This document shows positions 56,144-57,252 of a stretch of 57,252 nt of DNA, piece after piece. The stretch is from Coriobacteriia bacterium (GTDB lineage: Bacteria; Actinomycetota; Coriobacteriia; Anaerosomatales; PALSA-660): assembly GCA_025361885.1 (NCBI GenBank), contig JANYJF010000032.1:1-57252 (forward strand), read 5' to 3'. Below the pieces are notes generated by a model that saw only the letters and a program-made list of their open reading frames with translations, had not been told where the DNA came from and ran no database searches. Positions within the stretch are counted from its first letter, which is position 1; every line of letters begins with the position of its first letter. A program made the translations under genes and the position numbers.

Positions 56144-57232
56144 CTACAACTCGATGAGGCCCTTGGGGGAGTGGGACAGGAGCCTGCACCCACCCTCTTC
56201 GACCACCACAAGGTCCTCGATTCTAACACCTCCGAAGCCGGGCACGTACACGCCCGGTTCGATGGTGATGACGCTGCCGGAGCGAACCGAGTCGCGACTG
56301 TTGACCCCCACACGCGGCAGTTCATGGATGTTGAGACCCACGCCATGCCCGAGTCCGTGGCCGAACTGCTCGCCGAAGCCACGCGCCCGCAGCAGGTCCC
56401 GCGCCGCGGCGTCGATCGCCTCGCCCGGCATCCCCGGCTTGACGGCGGCCAGCCCGGCCATGTTCGCGTCCAGCACGGCCGAGTACAGCTCGCGCTGGCG
56501 CTCGTCGGCGAGGCCGACGACCACGGTCCGCGTCATATCCGAACAGTACCCGCCGATGCGGGCCCCGAAGTCCATGGTCAGCAGCTCTCCGGTCCCGATT
56601 ACCCTGTCGGTCACCCCGGCGTGCGGCTTCGATGAGTTGGGACCGCTCGCGACGATGGAGTCGAACCCCAGCCCCTCGGAACCGCCGCGGCGCATGAACG
56701 ACTCGAGCTCGAGCGCGACGTCCACCTCGCGCATGCCGGGTCGGATGATCCCGAGCACGTGGTCGAAGGCCTGGTCCGCGAGTGCGGCCGCGCGCCCGAT
56801 CGCATCGACCTCGACCGGCTCCTTGACCTGCCGCAGCTCTTCGACCAGCTGTTCGAAGGCGGCCACGCGACCCTGGAACTTCTCAGAGATGAACCGGAAC
56901 CTGCCGTACGGCATCGAGGACTCGATGCCGAGCGCCTCGACGCCCTTCGCCCTCAACTCGTCGCACACCGTGACGTAGAGGTTCTCGCGCACGATGTGGA
57001 CCGACCACGGTGTTCCCTCGGCGGCCGCCTCGGTGACCTCCTTGTAGCGGAAATCCGTGTAGTAGCGCGCTGCCGCGGCCGTGATGAGACACAGACCGGC
57101 GCCGCTTCCGTCGATGACGCCCTCGAATCCGGTGAGGTAGCGCTGGTTGGCGTCCGAGGTCACGAGGAACGCGTCGATGGCCTCGTCCACGAGCCGAAGC
57201 CGGAGTGCCGCGAGACGATGTTCGGCGTTCAT
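56144..57232 (-). CDS. Xaa-Pro peptidase (M24B, PepQ/YqhT-like)
   Basis: DFRY, DFGARIGGYCSDMTRT, HGLGHGVGLNIHE, TIEPGVY, GGVRIED. Directly upstream of efp. Confidence 0.93.
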   Translation of the reverse strand: MNAEHRLAALRLRLVDEAIDAFLVTSDANQRYLTGFEGVIDGSGAGLCLITAAAARYYTDFRYKEVTEAAAEGTPWSVHIVRENLYVTVCDELRAKGVEALGIESSMPYGRFRFISEKFQGRVAAFEQLVEELRQVKEPVEVDAIGRAAALADQAFDHVLGIIRPGMREVDVALELESFMRRGGSEGLGFDSIVASGPNSSKPHAGVTDRVIGTGELLTMDFGARIGGYCSDMTRTVVVGLADERQRELYSAVLDANMAGLAAVKPGMPGEAIDAAARDLLRARGFGEQFGHGLGHGVGLNIHELPRVGVNSRDSVRSGSVITIEPGVYVPGFGGVRIEDLVVVEEGGCRLLSHSPKGLIEL

Positions 57233-57252
57233 CGCGCACATCCGGTCAGCAG

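Noticed and set aside
52802-56635. 1277-aa plus-strand ORF
   Set aside because: Antisense shadow of accC, the carboxyltransferase, efp and the peptidase. No recognisable motifs; long stop-free antisense frames are expected at this GC content.

Overview
GC-rich bacterial chromosomal window, almost entirely core genes on the minus strand. Gene content and order suggest an Actinomycetota genome, probably Coriobacteriia-like; this is an inference from the FtsZ N-terminus NYLAVIKV, a dcw cluster without ftsA, steA/steB, and a Bacillota-like efp-accB-accC-asp23-nusB order. Read on the minus strand, it contains: (1) Xaa-Pro peptidase, efp, a carboxyltransferase-BCCP fusion, accC, asp23, nusB, xseB, dxs, tlyA, nadK and recN; (2) an uncharacterised envelope module of steA, steB, an inverted murJ-GT2 pair, a large polytopic membrane protein and a MraY-like paralog, followed by pyrG, an M20 peptidase, DUF3866, ald, a GNAT and xerD; (3) a BMP-family nucleoside-type ABC transporter and three plus-strand membrane or lipoprotein genes; (4) the dcw cluster mraZ to ftsZ with an L,D-transpeptidase between ftsQ and ftsZ; (5) pgeF, a pstSCAB-phoU operon and the start of yggS. 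No rRNA, tRNA, CRISPR array or mobile element was recognised. The most interesting observations are the SteAB-linked putative lipid-carrier glycosylation or envelope-modification module, a probable internal translation start that would release a free AccB from the carboxyltransferase-BCCP fusion, apparent non-canonical start codons for murJ (ATC) and GT2 (CTG), and the pst operon lying inside the division cluster. All annotations come from motif recognition by eye; no database searches were run.
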